The position numbers and the translations under genes were made by a program. From assembly GCA_963848295.1 (NCBI GenBank), contig CAWKDB010000011.1:288001-352000 (forward strand): 64,000 nt of DNA. Direction: 5' to 3'. Shown piece by piece: positions 1 to 9,385 of the stretch; positions within the stretch are counted from its first letter, which is position 1, and each line of letters begins with the position of its first letter. This DNA is from an uncultured delta proteobacterium. Its GTDB lineage: Bacteria; Myxococcota_A; Polyangia; Haliangiales; Haliangiaceae. The notes under the pieces are model-generated. The model saw only the letters and a program-made list of their open reading frames with translations, was not told the DNA's origin and did not search any database.

Positions 1-737
1 TCGCGGCGTTGCGACCGGGCGCGACGCGGCTCGTGTGGATCGAGACCCCGGCGAACCCGACGTGGGAGGTCACCGACATCGCGGCGGTCGCGACCGCGGC
101 GCACGCGGCCGGTGCGCGCGTCTATGTCGACTCGACGTGCGCGACGCCGGTCCACACGCGCGCGCTCGAGCTCGGCGCCGACCTCGTCCTGCACGCGGCG
201 ACGAAGTATCTCGCCGGCCACTCCGACGTCCTCGCCGGCGCGCTCGTCACCGCGAAGCCCGATGCCGAGTGGGCCGAGCTGGCGCAACTCCGGCGCGAAG
301 AAGGTCCGTGCCTCGGCCCGGTCGAGGCGTACTTGTTGTTGCGCGGGATGCGGACGCTGTTCGTGCGGGTCGCCAGGCAGAGCGCGACCGCGCTGTCGCT
401 CGCGCGCCGGTTGTCGGCGCTGCCCGGCGTCACCGTGCGCTATCCCGGGCTGCGATCGCATCCGCAGCACGCGATCGCCGCGCGCCAGATGACCGGCGGG
501 TTCGGCGGCATGCTGTCGATCGAGACCGGCGGTGGTGCGGCGCGCGCGCTCGCGGTGGTCGGCAAGCTGGAGATCTGGGTGCCGGCGACGTCGCTCGGCG
601 GTGTCGAGAGTCTGGTCGAGCATCGCGTCACGGTCGAAGGCCCCGCCAGCCCGACGCCAGCGGACTTGCTGCGGCTGTCGGTCGGGCTCGAGCACGAGGA
701 CGATCTCTACGACGATCTCGTCGCGGCGCTGTCGTGA
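1..737 (+). CDS. PLP-dependent trans-sulfuration enzyme (cystathionine gamma-synthase/lyase family), 5'-truncated by window edge
   Basis: Motifs WIETPANPT, VDST, HAATKYLAGHSDVLAG (PLP lysine), SLGGVESLVEH, LLRLSVGLE. Confidence 0.9.
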   Translation, partial: AALRPGATRLVWIETPANPTWEVTDIAAVATAAHAAGARVYVDSTCATPVHTRALELGADLVLHAATKYLAGHSDVLAGALVTAKPDAEWAELAQLRREEGPCLGPVEAYLLLRGMRTLFVRVARQSATALSLARRLSALPGVTVRYPGLRSHPQHAIAARQMTGGFGGMLSIETGGGAARALAVVGKLEIWVPATSLGGVESLVEHRVTVEGPASPTPADLLRLSVGLEHEDDLYDDLVAALS

Positions 738-1561
738 ACCTGAGGATCGCGACGTGCGCGGCGCTGCCCGAGGTCGACAACGACGCGGCGCCACTCGCCG
801 CCGCGCTCGCCGCCGCCGGCATCGCGGCGCCGGTCCTCGCGTGGGATGACCCGAGCGTCGACTGGGATGCGCCGATCCCGACCCTGCTGCGCTCGACGTG
901 GAACTACGCGCTGGACCCGCCCGCGTTCCTCGCGTGGATCGATCGCGCGAGCCGCGCCGCGCCGCTGTGGAACCCGCCGCACGTCGTGCGCGCGAACGTC
1001 CACAAGAGGTACCTGCTCGAGCTCGCCGCGCGCGGCGTGGCGACCGCAGCGACGACGCTGGTCGAGCGCGGTGGTGCGGCGGCGGCCGTCATCCCGGCCG
1101 GCAAGATCGTGATCAAGCCCGAGGTCGGCGCCGGCTCGCTCGGCGCGAAGGTGTTCGAGGACGACGACGCAGCCGCTCGCGCTCACCTCCGCGAGCTCAC
1201 CGCGTGCGGCGCGGCGCTGATCCAGCCATACATCGCCTCGGTCGACGACTACGGCGAGCGATCGCTGATCTGGGTCGACGGCGCGATCACGCACGCGATC
1301 CGCAAGACCCCGCGGTTCGCCGGCGATCCCGAACGCGTCGATGGTCCGATGGCGATCGCCGACGACGAACGCGCCGTCGCGATCGCCGCGGTCGCGCCGT
1401 TCGCCGCCGACATCCTCTACGCGCGGATCGACCTGGCGCGCGACCCGGCCGGCCGCCCGCTGGTCATGGAGCTCGAGATGATCGAGCCGTCTCTGTTCTT
1501 CACGTACGGCCCCGAGGCACTCGATCGGCTAGTTCGCCGGCTGCGCGAGCTGCTGCGCTAG
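734..1561 (+). CDS. ATP-grasp protein (RimK/glutathione synthetase-like)
   Basis: GTG at 734 overlaps upstream TGA; LLRSTWNY, HKRYL, VIKP, LIQPYI, YARIDL, MELEMIEPSLF. Confidence 0.8.
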   Translation: MNLRIATCAALPEVDNDAAPLAAALAAAGIAAPVLAWDDPSVDWDAPIPTLLRSTWNYALDPPAFLAWIDRASRAAPLWNPPHVVRANVHKRYLLELAARGVATAATTLVERGGAAAAVIPAGKIVIKPEVGAGSLGAKVFEDDDAAARAHLRELTACGAALIQPYIASVDDYGERSLIWVDGAITHAIRKTPRFAGDPERVDGPMAIADDERAVAIAAVAPFAADILYARIDLARDPAGRPLVMELEMIEPSLFFTYGPEALDRLVRRLRELLR

Positions 1562-2374
1562 CCGCGCGATCGCATCGATCGTCCACGCACCGTACCAGAA
1601 CAGATCCTTGCCGGACACGCGCACCACCCGCGCGCTCGGCGCCGCGGCGTGCAACACCGCTTCGTCCGCGGCGGAGAACCCGTGCGGCTCGTCGGGCAGC
1701 ACGATCAGCTCGGGGGCGCGGGCGCGCAGCTCGTCGAGCGTGATCCGGGGATAGCGCTGATCGCGTCCGCCCGGATCGATCGCCGCCGCCTTGCCGAGAT
1801 CGGCGGCGAGTGGATACAGCCGCTGGCGTTCGCCGAACGCGTTCGCGACCCCGGCATGGGCGAGCACGTCGGAGCCGAACGTGTCGGCGTTGATCGTCAT
1901 CAGCGGATCCATCCAGATCGGCACGAACGCGCGCGCGCGGGCCGGCGGCGGCTCCGCCGGGACCTCCAGGCTGCGCCGGATCAGGTCGCGCGCCGCCGGA
2001 TCGTCGGACACCCCGAGCGCGCGGGCCAGCCGCGCGAGATGAGCGAGCCCCTGCCCGACTCGGCGCGGCAACGACACCAGCAGCGGCACCCGACCGGCGA
2101 GCGCCTCGAGCGGCTTGCGCGCGTTCTCCTCTTGGTTCGCGATGACGAGATCGGGCGCGAGCGCGACGACCGCCTCGACGTCGACGTCCTTCGTGCCACC
2201 GACCGTCGCGACGCCGGGCGCCTCGCAGTAGGTCGTCACGCCGACCAGCCGCGAACGGGCCCCGAGCGCGATCACGCTATGCGTGTCGCTCGGCACGAGC
2301 GACACGACGCGCTCGGGCGGACGAGCGAAGCGCAGCGCGCGGCCGAGGTCGTCGGTGACAGTCGTCGTCGGCAC
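1529..2374 (-). CDS. Helical-backbone metal/cobalamin-binding protein (BtuF-like)
   Basis: DDLGR..PERVVSLVPS, LVGVTTYC, VGGTKD, PDLVIANQEEN, LPDEP, WYG; GTG start at 2374. Confidence 0.8.
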   Translation of the reverse strand: MPTTTVTDDLGRALRFARPPERVVSLVPSDTHSVIALGARSRLVGVTTYCEAPGVATVGGTKDVDVEAVVALAPDLVIANQEENARKPLEALAGRVPLLVSLPRRVGQGLAHLARLARALGVSDDPAARDLIRRSLEVPAEPPPARARAFVPIWMDPLMTINADTFGSDVLAHAGVANAFGERQRLYPLAADLGKAAAIDPGGRDQRYPRITLDELRARAPELIVLPDEPHGFSAADEAVLHAAAPSARVVRVSGKDLFWYGAWTIDAIARLAQQLAQPAN

Positions 2375-2407
2375 GTGCCGCGTATACCATCGTGCTAAGG
2401 TCGCGAC

Positions 2408-2761
2408 GTGGCGAAGTCCACCGAGGATCCCCTGGTCGCGCAGGCGTTCGACCGGCAGAAGCACGAGGACCTCGCGCGTGCGATCAAGGACCTGTCGGCC
2501 GACGAGGCGGAGTTCTTCCTGCGCAAGCTCGAAGCGGCGATCCGCAAGCGCAAGATCCAGATCACGGGCTACCTCGTCGCGATGGGGGTGTGGGCGATCG
2601 GCATGGTGTTCGCCCTCGCCTACTTCGGGATCGCGTCCGGGTTCGTCGGCTGGGCGTTCCTCGCGCCGTTTGGCGGGGTCGGGCTCGTGTTGTGGGCGTT
2701 CGGCAAGTGGGGCGAGCGCGTCGGACGCGCGGCCGATCTGAAGCCGCCTCCGAAGCCATAG
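2408..2761 (+). CDS. Small membrane protein, unknown function
   Basis: Charged N-terminal helix followed by two hydrophobic segments; typical codon usage. Confidence 0.7.
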   Translation: MAKSTEDPLVAQAFDRQKHEDLARAIKDLSADEAEFFLRKLEAAIRKRKIQITGYLVAMGVWAIGMVFALAYFGIASGFVGWAFLAPFGGVGLVLWAFGKWGERVGRAADLKPPPKP

Positions 2762-2891
2762 GCCGCTAGGAGCGGCACAAGGTGGGTCCCGACGCGCTGG
2801 GGGCTTCACCCACCTAGAACAAATCCGTGACATCGAGCGATGAAAAGCTCGAGTTCGGCAACCACGTCGTACGGTCTCTCCGCGAGAGCTC

Positions 2892-3818
2892 ATGCGCCGC
2901 GCCATCGTCATCGCTTCGTTCGCAATCGCCGGCTCGGCGACCGCTCAGCCGAGCCCGCCGCCGCACTGCGACGTCACGATCGCGCACGCACCCGACGAAG
3001 TCCGCGCCGAGATCGAAGGCTGGCTCGCCCAGGAGACGCGATGCAGCCTCGCCCTCGAAGTCCGAGTCGTGCCGAGCGAGGGCGGCTACTACCTGTTCGC
3101 GCGCGACGCACTCGGCCGGGTCCGCGAACGCGTCGTGCCCGACGCCGCGAGCGCCGGCGTGCTGGTCGCGAGCTGGGCCGCGTCGGACGGGTTCAGCGCG
3201 CCGACGCCGGTCGAGAGCCTGCCGCAGCCATCACCGACCACGTTCACGCCAGCGCCGCCATCCTCGCCGATCTACGTCGAGCGCGTGACGAGCTCGCGCA
3301 CCGCGTCGCCGCGCTGGGTCAGCGCGAGCGCGTTCACCTCGACGCTCAGCGGCCCGGGTGGTCGGCTCGATGTCGATGTCGCCCGCTGGGGCGCGTACGC
3401 GCTCGGCGCGGCGTTCGGAGCGTCGCACACCACGCGGTTCGAGATGCAGCTGCCGATCGACGGCATCATGACGACGACGAGCTTCGACGTACTCGTGATG
3501 GCGTCGGCGACGGCGACGTATCACGGTTGGCGATTGCGCGGCGGATTCGGCATCGGGGCGCGGGTCGAGCAGGCTGCGGTCAACGACTTCGGGCTCGACG
3601 CCGAGCCAAGCGATCTCAGCTCGAGCGGGGTTGCCGCCTTGGCGAGCGCGACGTTGTTCGTCGGCCGCGACGTCGGCGCTCATTGGGGCATCGACGCGGG
3701 TCTCATCGGGGCGATGTACGACGAGCAAATGCACGTGATCATCGGCGGCGCCGATCGCGTGTTCGACCTGCGCGGACCCGAGCTGTCATTCGCCGTCGCG
3801 CTCCGCCACACGATGTGA
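2892..3818 (+). CDS. Secreted/outer-membrane hypothetical protein (paralog 1)
   Basis: Signal peptide; 2-Cys N-domain shared with the next gene; Pro-rich linker; beta-strand-like C-terminal half. Confidence 0.7.
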   Translation: MRRAIVIASFAIAGSATAQPSPPPHCDVTIAHAPDEVRAEIEGWLAQETRCSLALEVRVVPSEGGYYLFARDALGRVRERVVPDAASAGVLVASWAASDGFSAPTPVESLPQPSPTTFTPAPPSSPIYVERVTSSRTASPRWVSASAFTSTLSGPGGRLDVDVARWGAYALGAAFGASHTTRFEMQLPIDGIMTTTSFDVLVMASATATYHGWRLRGGFGIGARVEQAAVNDFGLDAEPSDLSSSGVAALASATLFVGRDVGAHWGIDAGLIGAMYDEQMHVIIGGADRVFDLRGPELSFAVALRHTM

Positions 3819-3822
3819 CGCC

Positions 3823-4767
3823 ATGACCGAGCTCACCATCGCCCTCGCGCTCGCGCTCGCCGCCGGATCGGCGGGCGCCGATCCGATCAGCCACTGCGCG
3901 GTCACGATCGCGCGCGCTCCCGAGGCGATCCGCGGCGATGTCGAAGCGGCGCTCGCACGCGAGCGTACGTGCGCGATTCCGCTCGAGGTCCGGATCATCG
4001 AGACCGACGGTGGATATTACGTCTTCGCACGCGATCCGCGCGGTCGCGTCCGCGAGCACGTCGCACCCGACGCCAGGAGCATCGGCGTGCTGGTCGCGAG
4101 CTGGGCGGCCGACGACGACGTTGCCCCGACCGCTCAGCCCGCAGCGGATGTCCCGTTCCGCGCGCCGGCAGAGGCTCCTCCCGCGGTCGCGCTATCGAAC
4201 GCGCCGGCCGTCGCGGGTGCGCCGCCGCCCGCGCGCTGGCTCGCGTTCACGGTCGCGACCGGAGTCGTCGGTTACGGCGCTCGGCTCGATGTCGACCTAT
4301 GGCACCGCGGCGGGCTCGCGTTCGGTGCAGCGGGCGCGGTCGAGGATACGAAGATCGAGTACATCGGCGGCGACGACGTCTTGGCGATCCAGACCCACGA
4401 CTACCGCGGGCTCGCGACCGGCTCGTACTCGGCGACGTGGCACGGCTGGCGGGCGCGCGCCGAGCTCGCGGCCGGCTTCGCGGTGGTCGACGCGGCGCTC
4501 ACCTCGCTCGATCTCACCGGCGCGATGCCGACGACCACAGGCTCGACCGCGGTGTTCCCGACGATCGACGGTCAACTGTTGGTCGGCTACAACCTCAGCG
4601 ACCAGTGGGGGCTCGACATCGGCGTGATCTCGGAGCTCTACGCCCGGACCTATCACTTCGTCGGCAGCGACCTGCAGCTACCGCCTTGGGAGCTCGCGCC
4701 GGTCACCACGGTATCGACGCCGACGTTCGACTGGAAGCTCGCGGTGTCGTTGCGGCGGTCGCTGTGA
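3823..4767 (+). CDS. Secreted/outer-membrane hypothetical protein (paralog 2)
   Basis: Shares CxVTIAxAP..LEVR..GGYYxFARDxxGRVRExVxPDAxSxGVLVASWAA with 2892..3818. Confidence 0.7.
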   Translation: MTELTIALALALAAGSAGADPISHCAVTIARAPEAIRGDVEAALARERTCAIPLEVRIIETDGGYYVFARDPRGRVREHVAPDARSIGVLVASWAADDDVAPTAQPAADVPFRAPAEAPPAVALSNAPAVAGAPPPARWLAFTVATGVVGYGARLDVDLWHRGGLAFGAAGAVEDTKIEYIGGDDVLAIQTHDYRGLATGSYSATWHGWRARAELAAGFAVVDAALTSLDLTGAMPTTTGSTAVFPTIDGQLLVGYNLSDQWGLDIGVISELYARTYHFVGSDLQLPPWELAPVTTVSTPTFDWKLAVSLRRSL

Positions 4768-5348
4768 AGGCAGGCAAGCTGCTCCAGCTGCGGCCGGAGG
4801 CGCGCGCCGACTCGCTGTCCGATCAGCTGTCTGATGTCGGCATGGTCGCGGCGTGTGCAGCCGGCGATCGAGCGGCGCGCTCGCTGTTGTTCGAACGCCA
4901 CGCCGACGCGGTGCATCGCTTCGTCTCGCACATGCGCGGTGCGGACGCCGACGAGGTCGACGATCTCGTCCAGGTCACGTTCTTGCGCGCGTTCGATGCG
5001 GCGAAGCGGTTTCGCGGCGCGACCGCTCACTCGTGGCTGTTCGGCATCGCCGCGAACGTCGTGAAGGAGTACGCGCGCAAAGAGATCCGCCGCAAGCGGG
5101 CGCTGGGCTTGGTCGCCGAGGACCTCCCGGGTATCGCATCCCCGTGCGATCCGACGCTGGCTCGCCTGCCCGACGCGATCGCGGCGCTGCGCCACGAGTT
5201 GCGCGCGGCGTTCGTGCTCGTCGACCTCGAAGGCGAACGCGGCGTCGACGCGGCAGCCGCGCTCGGCATCCCGCAAGGCACGTTATGGCGACACGTGTTC
5301 GAGGCTCGGACCGCCTTGCGCCGCGAGCTCGCCGGAGACCAGTCATGA
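4764..5348 (+). CDS. ECF RNA polymerase sigma factor
   Basis: LFERHADAVHRF, DDLVQVTFLRA, SWLFGIAAN (region 2); FVLVDLEG..AAALGIPQGT (region 4); GTGA overlap. Confidence 0.9.
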   Translation: MKAGKLLQLRPEARADSLSDQLSDVGMVAACAAGDRAARSLLFERHADAVHRFVSHMRGADADEVDDLVQVTFLRAFDAAKRFRGATAHSWLFGIAANVVKEYARKEIRRKRALGLVAEDLPGIASPCDPTLARLPDAIAALRHELRAAFVLVDLEGERGVDAAAALGIPQGTLWRHVFEARTALRRELAGDQS

Positions 5349-6346
5349 CGTGCCCGAGCGCGCCAAGGCTCGCCGCCGCCGCGTCCGGCGAAGATCCACG
5401 CGCCGCACTCCACGCGATGCGCTGCACCCGTTGTCATCCGCTGCTCGATGCGCAGCTCGAAGTCATCGCGCTCGCCCGGCAGACGATCGCGCCGGCGCTC
5501 GTCGGCTCGCGCCGCGCACGGCTTGCGGCGTCGATCCTGTCCGACGCGCCCGCGTTCGAGGCCGCCCCGCGCGTTCGTCGCCGCTTCGCGTTCGCGGCGA
5601 TCGCCGCTGCCGCCGCCGCCGCGGTTGGCTTCTACCTGATGCGCGGCTCGGATCAGCCGGCGAGCGTAGTGTCGACGCCGACGATCGCGATCGCGCGTCG
5701 CGATCCTGCACCACCCGTTGCCGTCGCACCATCGGTGCCGAGCCCCCCGCGCGCGCCGAACCGCGCCCCGAGGGTCGCGTCGCCGCGCTCTGTCCCGCTG
5801 CCGCCGCCGGCCTCGCTCGCGGCTGGCGATGCTCAGCTCACGCGCAGCTCGATCGACGGCGTCGATACGATCGAGCTGCGCGACGGCACGATCGAGCTCG
5901 ATACCCGTGACCGAGCCCCGGCGACCGCCACCGCGAACGGCACGACGATCGCGATCGCGGGCCGCACCGAGATCGTGGCGCACGGCGGCGTCATCGTGTC
6001 GGCACGCGTGTTCGCGGGGACCGCCGAGATCCGCGCGGGCGGCGAGCGCACTTCGATCGAGACCGGCGAGATCTGGACGCCGCCGGCCGGTCCAGCGAGC
6101 TCGCTCGCCGCGTTCCGCGCGGGCTGGCAAGCGTTGCGCGCCGAGCGCTTCCCCGATGCGATCGCTGCGTTCGATCTCGCGATCGATCCGGTCGTGGTCG
6201 AGGACGCCGTGTTCTGGGCCGCCGTCGCAGCCGAACGTGCGGGGCTGCACGACGAGGCACGCCACCGTTACGCGGACTTCGTCACGCGCTTCGCGGGCTC
6301 GCCGCGCGTCGACGCCGCCCGCGCTGCGCTCGATCGCCTGCGCTGA
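5345..6346 (+). CDS. Membrane anti-sigma factor (ZAS-like HxxxCxxC, TM helix, FecR-like beta domain, C-terminal TPR)
   Basis: HAMRCTRC; hydrophobic helix; IELRDGTIEL..VFAGTAEIR; TPR-like end (EDAVFWAAVA..FAGSPRV); ATGA overlap with sigma gene. Confidence 0.75.
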   Translation: MTCPSAPRLAAAASGEDPRAALHAMRCTRCHPLLDAQLEVIALARQTIAPALVGSRRARLAASILSDAPAFEAAPRVRRRFAFAAIAAAAAAAVGFYLMRGSDQPASVVSTPTIAIARRDPAPPVAVAPSVPSPPRAPNRAPRVASPRSVPLPPPASLAAGDAQLTRSSIDGVDTIELRDGTIELDTRDRAPATATANGTTIAIAGRTEIVAHGGVIVSARVFAGTAEIRAGGERTSIETGEIWTPPAGPASSLAAFRAGWQALRAERFPDAIAAFDLAIDPVVVEDAVFWAAVAAERAGLHDEARHRYADFVTRFAGSPRVDAARAALDRLR

Positions 6347-6390
6347 GCGTTTTCGACGCAGCTCGCCGCGAGCCGGGGTATGCTCGCGCC

Positions 6391-7701
6391 ATGGGGAACT
6401 CCGCCCGCGTCGTCCGGATCGCGAGCCTCGTGCTGGGGCTCGGCGGGGTCACGGCGTGCAGCCACAAGAGCGGCGCGAAACAAGACGGCCCGAAGCCCGG
6501 TGACTCCGGTCCGACGGTCGACGGTCCCGCCGCGCTCGCCTGTACCACGACGTCCGGGACGACCATCTCGGTCCGCAAGATCGGCACCGTGCAGGGCCGC
6601 GCGCTGCTCGCGACCGCGCCGCCGAACGACGGCAGGCTCTTCGTGATCGAAGACGAAGGTCGGATCCGGATCTTCGACCAGGAGCAGCTAGAAGACGCTC
6701 CGTTCCTCGACATCTCGAGCAAGGTCGTGTCCGGCGGCGAGCAGGGCCTCCTGGGCCTCGCGTTCCATCCGCAGTACGGCACGAACCACAAGTTCTACGT
6801 CGACTACACCGCGACCAACCCGGACACCGCGGACACCCAAAACCCGTGGGTCGACGTGGTCGAGGAGTACACCGCGAGCGCGACCGACATCTCGACCGCG
6901 GATCCGGCGAGCGGCAAGATCCTCCTGTCGATCCCGGACTACGCGACGAACCATAACGCCGGCATGCTCGAGTTCGGCAGCGACGGCTTCCTCTACATCT
7001 CGACCGGCGACGGTGGCGCGGGTGGCGATCCGAACCACAACGGGCAGAACACGAACGCGCTGCTCGCGAAGATCCTGCGAATCGACGTCGACAACCCGGC
7101 GAACGGGAAACCGTATGGCATCCCGGCCGACAATCCGTTCGCGACCAGCGGCGGCGCGCCGGAAGTGTTCGTCGTGGGCGTGCGCAACCCGTGGCGCTGG
7201 TCGTTCGATCGCAAGACCGGTGACATGTGGATCGGCGACGTCGGCCAGGAGATCACCGAAGAGCTCGACGTGCTGCCGGCCGGGCTACAAGGCGGCGCGA
7301 ACCTCGGCTGGTCGATGTACGAAGCGAACTATTGCTGCCAGACCGACGATCCCGACCACTGCAACGACCAACCGGTCCAGGTCGCCTGCGACGCGACCGG
7401 CAAGACGTTCCCCCAGTTCACGCACGACCACACCAGCGGATGGAACGCGATCATCGGCGGCCAGGTCTATCGCGGGTCGTGCTATCCGGATCTCGATGGC
7501 ATCTACTTCTTCAGCGACAGCGGCGCCGGCGCGCTCGATGAAGCGGTGCTGAACGGCGACGGCTCGCTGACCGTGACCGACCTGCCGGCGCCGACCACCG
7601 GCTGGCCGCAATCGCCCTCGAGCATCCACGCCGATTCGCGCGGCGAGCTGTACGAGACGACGACGAGCGGCGACGTCTATCACATCGAGGCAGGCCCCTG
7701 A
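6391..7701 (+). CDS. PQQ-dependent sugar dehydrogenase (Gdh-B/YliI family) lipoprotein
   Basis: Lipobox VTAC; GEQGLLGLAFHP, NHNAG, LYISTGDGG, GVRNPWRWSFD, DVGQ. Confidence 0.9.
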   Translation: MGNSARVVRIASLVLGLGGVTACSHKSGAKQDGPKPGDSGPTVDGPAALACTTTSGTTISVRKIGTVQGRALLATAPPNDGRLFVIEDEGRIRIFDQEQLEDAPFLDISSKVVSGGEQGLLGLAFHPQYGTNHKFYVDYTATNPDTADTQNPWVDVVEEYTASATDISTADPASGKILLSIPDYATNHNAGMLEFGSDGFLYISTGDGGAGGDPNHNGQNTNALLAKILRIDVDNPANGKPYGIPADNPFATSGGAPEVFVVGVRNPWRWSFDRKTGDMWIGDVGQEITEELDVLPAGLQGGANLGWSMYEANYCCQTDDPDHCNDQPVQVACDATGKTFPQFTHDHTSGWNAIIGGQVYRGSCYPDLDGIYFFSDSGAGALDEAVLNGDGSLTVTDLPAPTTGWPQSPSSIHADSRGELYETTTSGDVYHIEAGP

Positions 7702-8543
7702 GAGTCCGCCGCCTCGGGCTCGCCACCGGGCTCACCTACAACGTCCTCGAGTGGAATGCGGATGCGCCGGGCGACACCACGTTCGTGATGGTGCACGGAT
7801 TTCTCGATCTCGCGTTCGGCTGGCACGAGGTCGCGCCGCGGCTCGGCGCGCACGTGATCGCACCCGATCTGCGCGGTCACGGCGACAGCGACTGGATCGG
7901 CGCGGGCGGCTACTACCACTACCTCGACTACATCGCCGATCTCGACGAGGTCGTGAACCGGCTCGCTCGCAAGCGGGTGATCGTCGTCGGCCATTCGATG
8001 GGCGGCGGAGTCTCGGCCTACTGGGCAGCGACTCGCGCGGACCGCCCGGCTGGGCTCGCCTTGCTCGAGGGTCTCGGCCCACCGGATCAAAGCGACGCGC
8101 CGCTGCCGAGTCGGACCGCACACTGGATCGACGGCTGGAAGATCGCGCGCAAGCCGCCCAAGCCGCTCGCGACCCTCGACGATGCCGCCGGTCGGCTGAT
8201 GCGCCACGATCCCTTGCTCGACAAGGAGCTCGCGATTCGCCTCGCCGCGGCCGGCACGCGAGAGATCGAAGGCGGGCTGACGTGGAAGCACGACCCGCTG
8301 CACGCGACGATGGGTCCGTATCCGTTCCGTCGCGACCACGCCGCGCGCTACTGGCGGGCGATCACGTGCCCAGTGCTCGCGATCGATGGCGATCGCAGCT
8401 CGCTCAACCTCGCCGAGGCCGAGCGGGCGGCGCGGCGCGCCGAGATCCCGCACTGCCGCCACGCGGTGCTCGCCGGCGCCGGCCACATGATGCAGCGCCA
8501 CCAACCCGGCGCGCTCGCCGATCTGCTACGAGGGCTCGCGTGA
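7698..8543 (+). CDS. Alpha/beta hydrolase
   Basis: VHGFLD, APDLRGHGDS, GHSMGG nucleophile elbow, GAGHMM; start uncertain (CTG 7698 or GTG 7785). Confidence 0.85.
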   Translation: MRVRRLGLATGLTYNVLEWNADAPGDTTFVMVHGFLDLAFGWHEVAPRLGAHVIAPDLRGHGDSDWIGAGGYYHYLDYIADLDEVVNRLARKRVIVVGHSMGGGVSAYWAATRADRPAGLALLEGLGPPDQSDAPLPSRTAHWIDGWKIARKPPKPLATLDDAAGRLMRHDPLLDKELAIRLAAAGTREIEGGLTWKHDPLHATMGPYPFRRDHAARYWRAITCPVLAIDGDRSSLNLAEAERAARRAEIPHCRHAVLAGAGHMMQRHQPGALADLLRGLA

Positions 8544-9385
8544 AGCCCGAACGGATCGACCGCATCGATGCCCTCGATCGCCGCGCGTTCCAGATCTTCG
8601 AGAAGGCCGACGAGCCGGTCGTGATCGTCGGCGGCGCCCGCGGTGATGCGCTCGATCGGTGGACGCCGGACTACCTGCGCGAGCGCTTCGGCGGCGTGTC
8701 GATCCGCTACAAGGTCTCGGCGACCGATCAGCATCCGAACTTTCACGCCGACTCGCTCAAGGAATCGTTCGCGACCCAGACCGGCACGTTCGGCGAGTTT
8801 CTCACCGCGATCACGACCGGCCCGCGCGAGGCGCGCTCGCACGCGCTGTTCACCGGCGACGAACAGTTCATCGTCCGCCGGCGCGACGGCGTCACGACCG
8901 AGCATCCCGAGCTCAAGGCGCTGCTCGACGATGTCGTCCAACCCGCGCTGTTCACGCCCGAGCAGCTCCACACGGTGTGGGCGTGGTTCTCCGGACCGGG
9001 CGTGCGCACGTGGTTGCACTACGACAACAACGGTTGCCACAACGTCAACCTCCAGCTCGTCGGCGACAAGACGTGCCACCTCTACGCACCCGACATGCTC
9101 GACGAGCTGCTGCCGTTCGAGCCCGGCGGTCGCAATCCGGCGCTCAACTGCAGCGCGATCGACTTCGACAAACCGCCGCCGGTGTTCGACGACCTGCTCG
9201 TGCTCGAGGCGAAGCTGCGCGCCGGCGATGCGCTGTTCATCCCCGCGTGGTGGTGGCACACGTTCCGCCACCACGGCGACTTCAACGCGAACGTGAACTA
9301 CTGGTGGAAGCCCGAGACCGAGCGCGACAACCCGACGTCGCGCCGGCAAGCCAAGCTCGAACAGTTCGGCCATCGCGCGACGTGA
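8540..9385 (+). CDS. JmjC/cupin-like (Cupin_8) 2OG-Fe(II) oxygenase
   Basis: WTPDYL, LHYD, QLVGDK, LRAGDALFIPAWWWHT, NVNYWW. Confidence 0.85.
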   Translation: MKPERIDRIDALDRRAFQIFEKADEPVVIVGGARGDALDRWTPDYLRERFGGVSIRYKVSATDQHPNFHADSLKESFATQTGTFGEFLTAITTGPREARSHALFTGDEQFIVRRRDGVTTEHPELKALLDDVVQPALFTPEQLHTVWAWFSGPGVRTWLHYDNNGCHNVNLQLVGDKTCHLYAPDMLDELLPFEPGGRNPALNCSAIDFDKPPPVFDDLLVLEAKLRAGDALFIPAWWWHTFRHHGDFNANVNYWWKPETERDNPTSRRQAKLEQFGHRAT

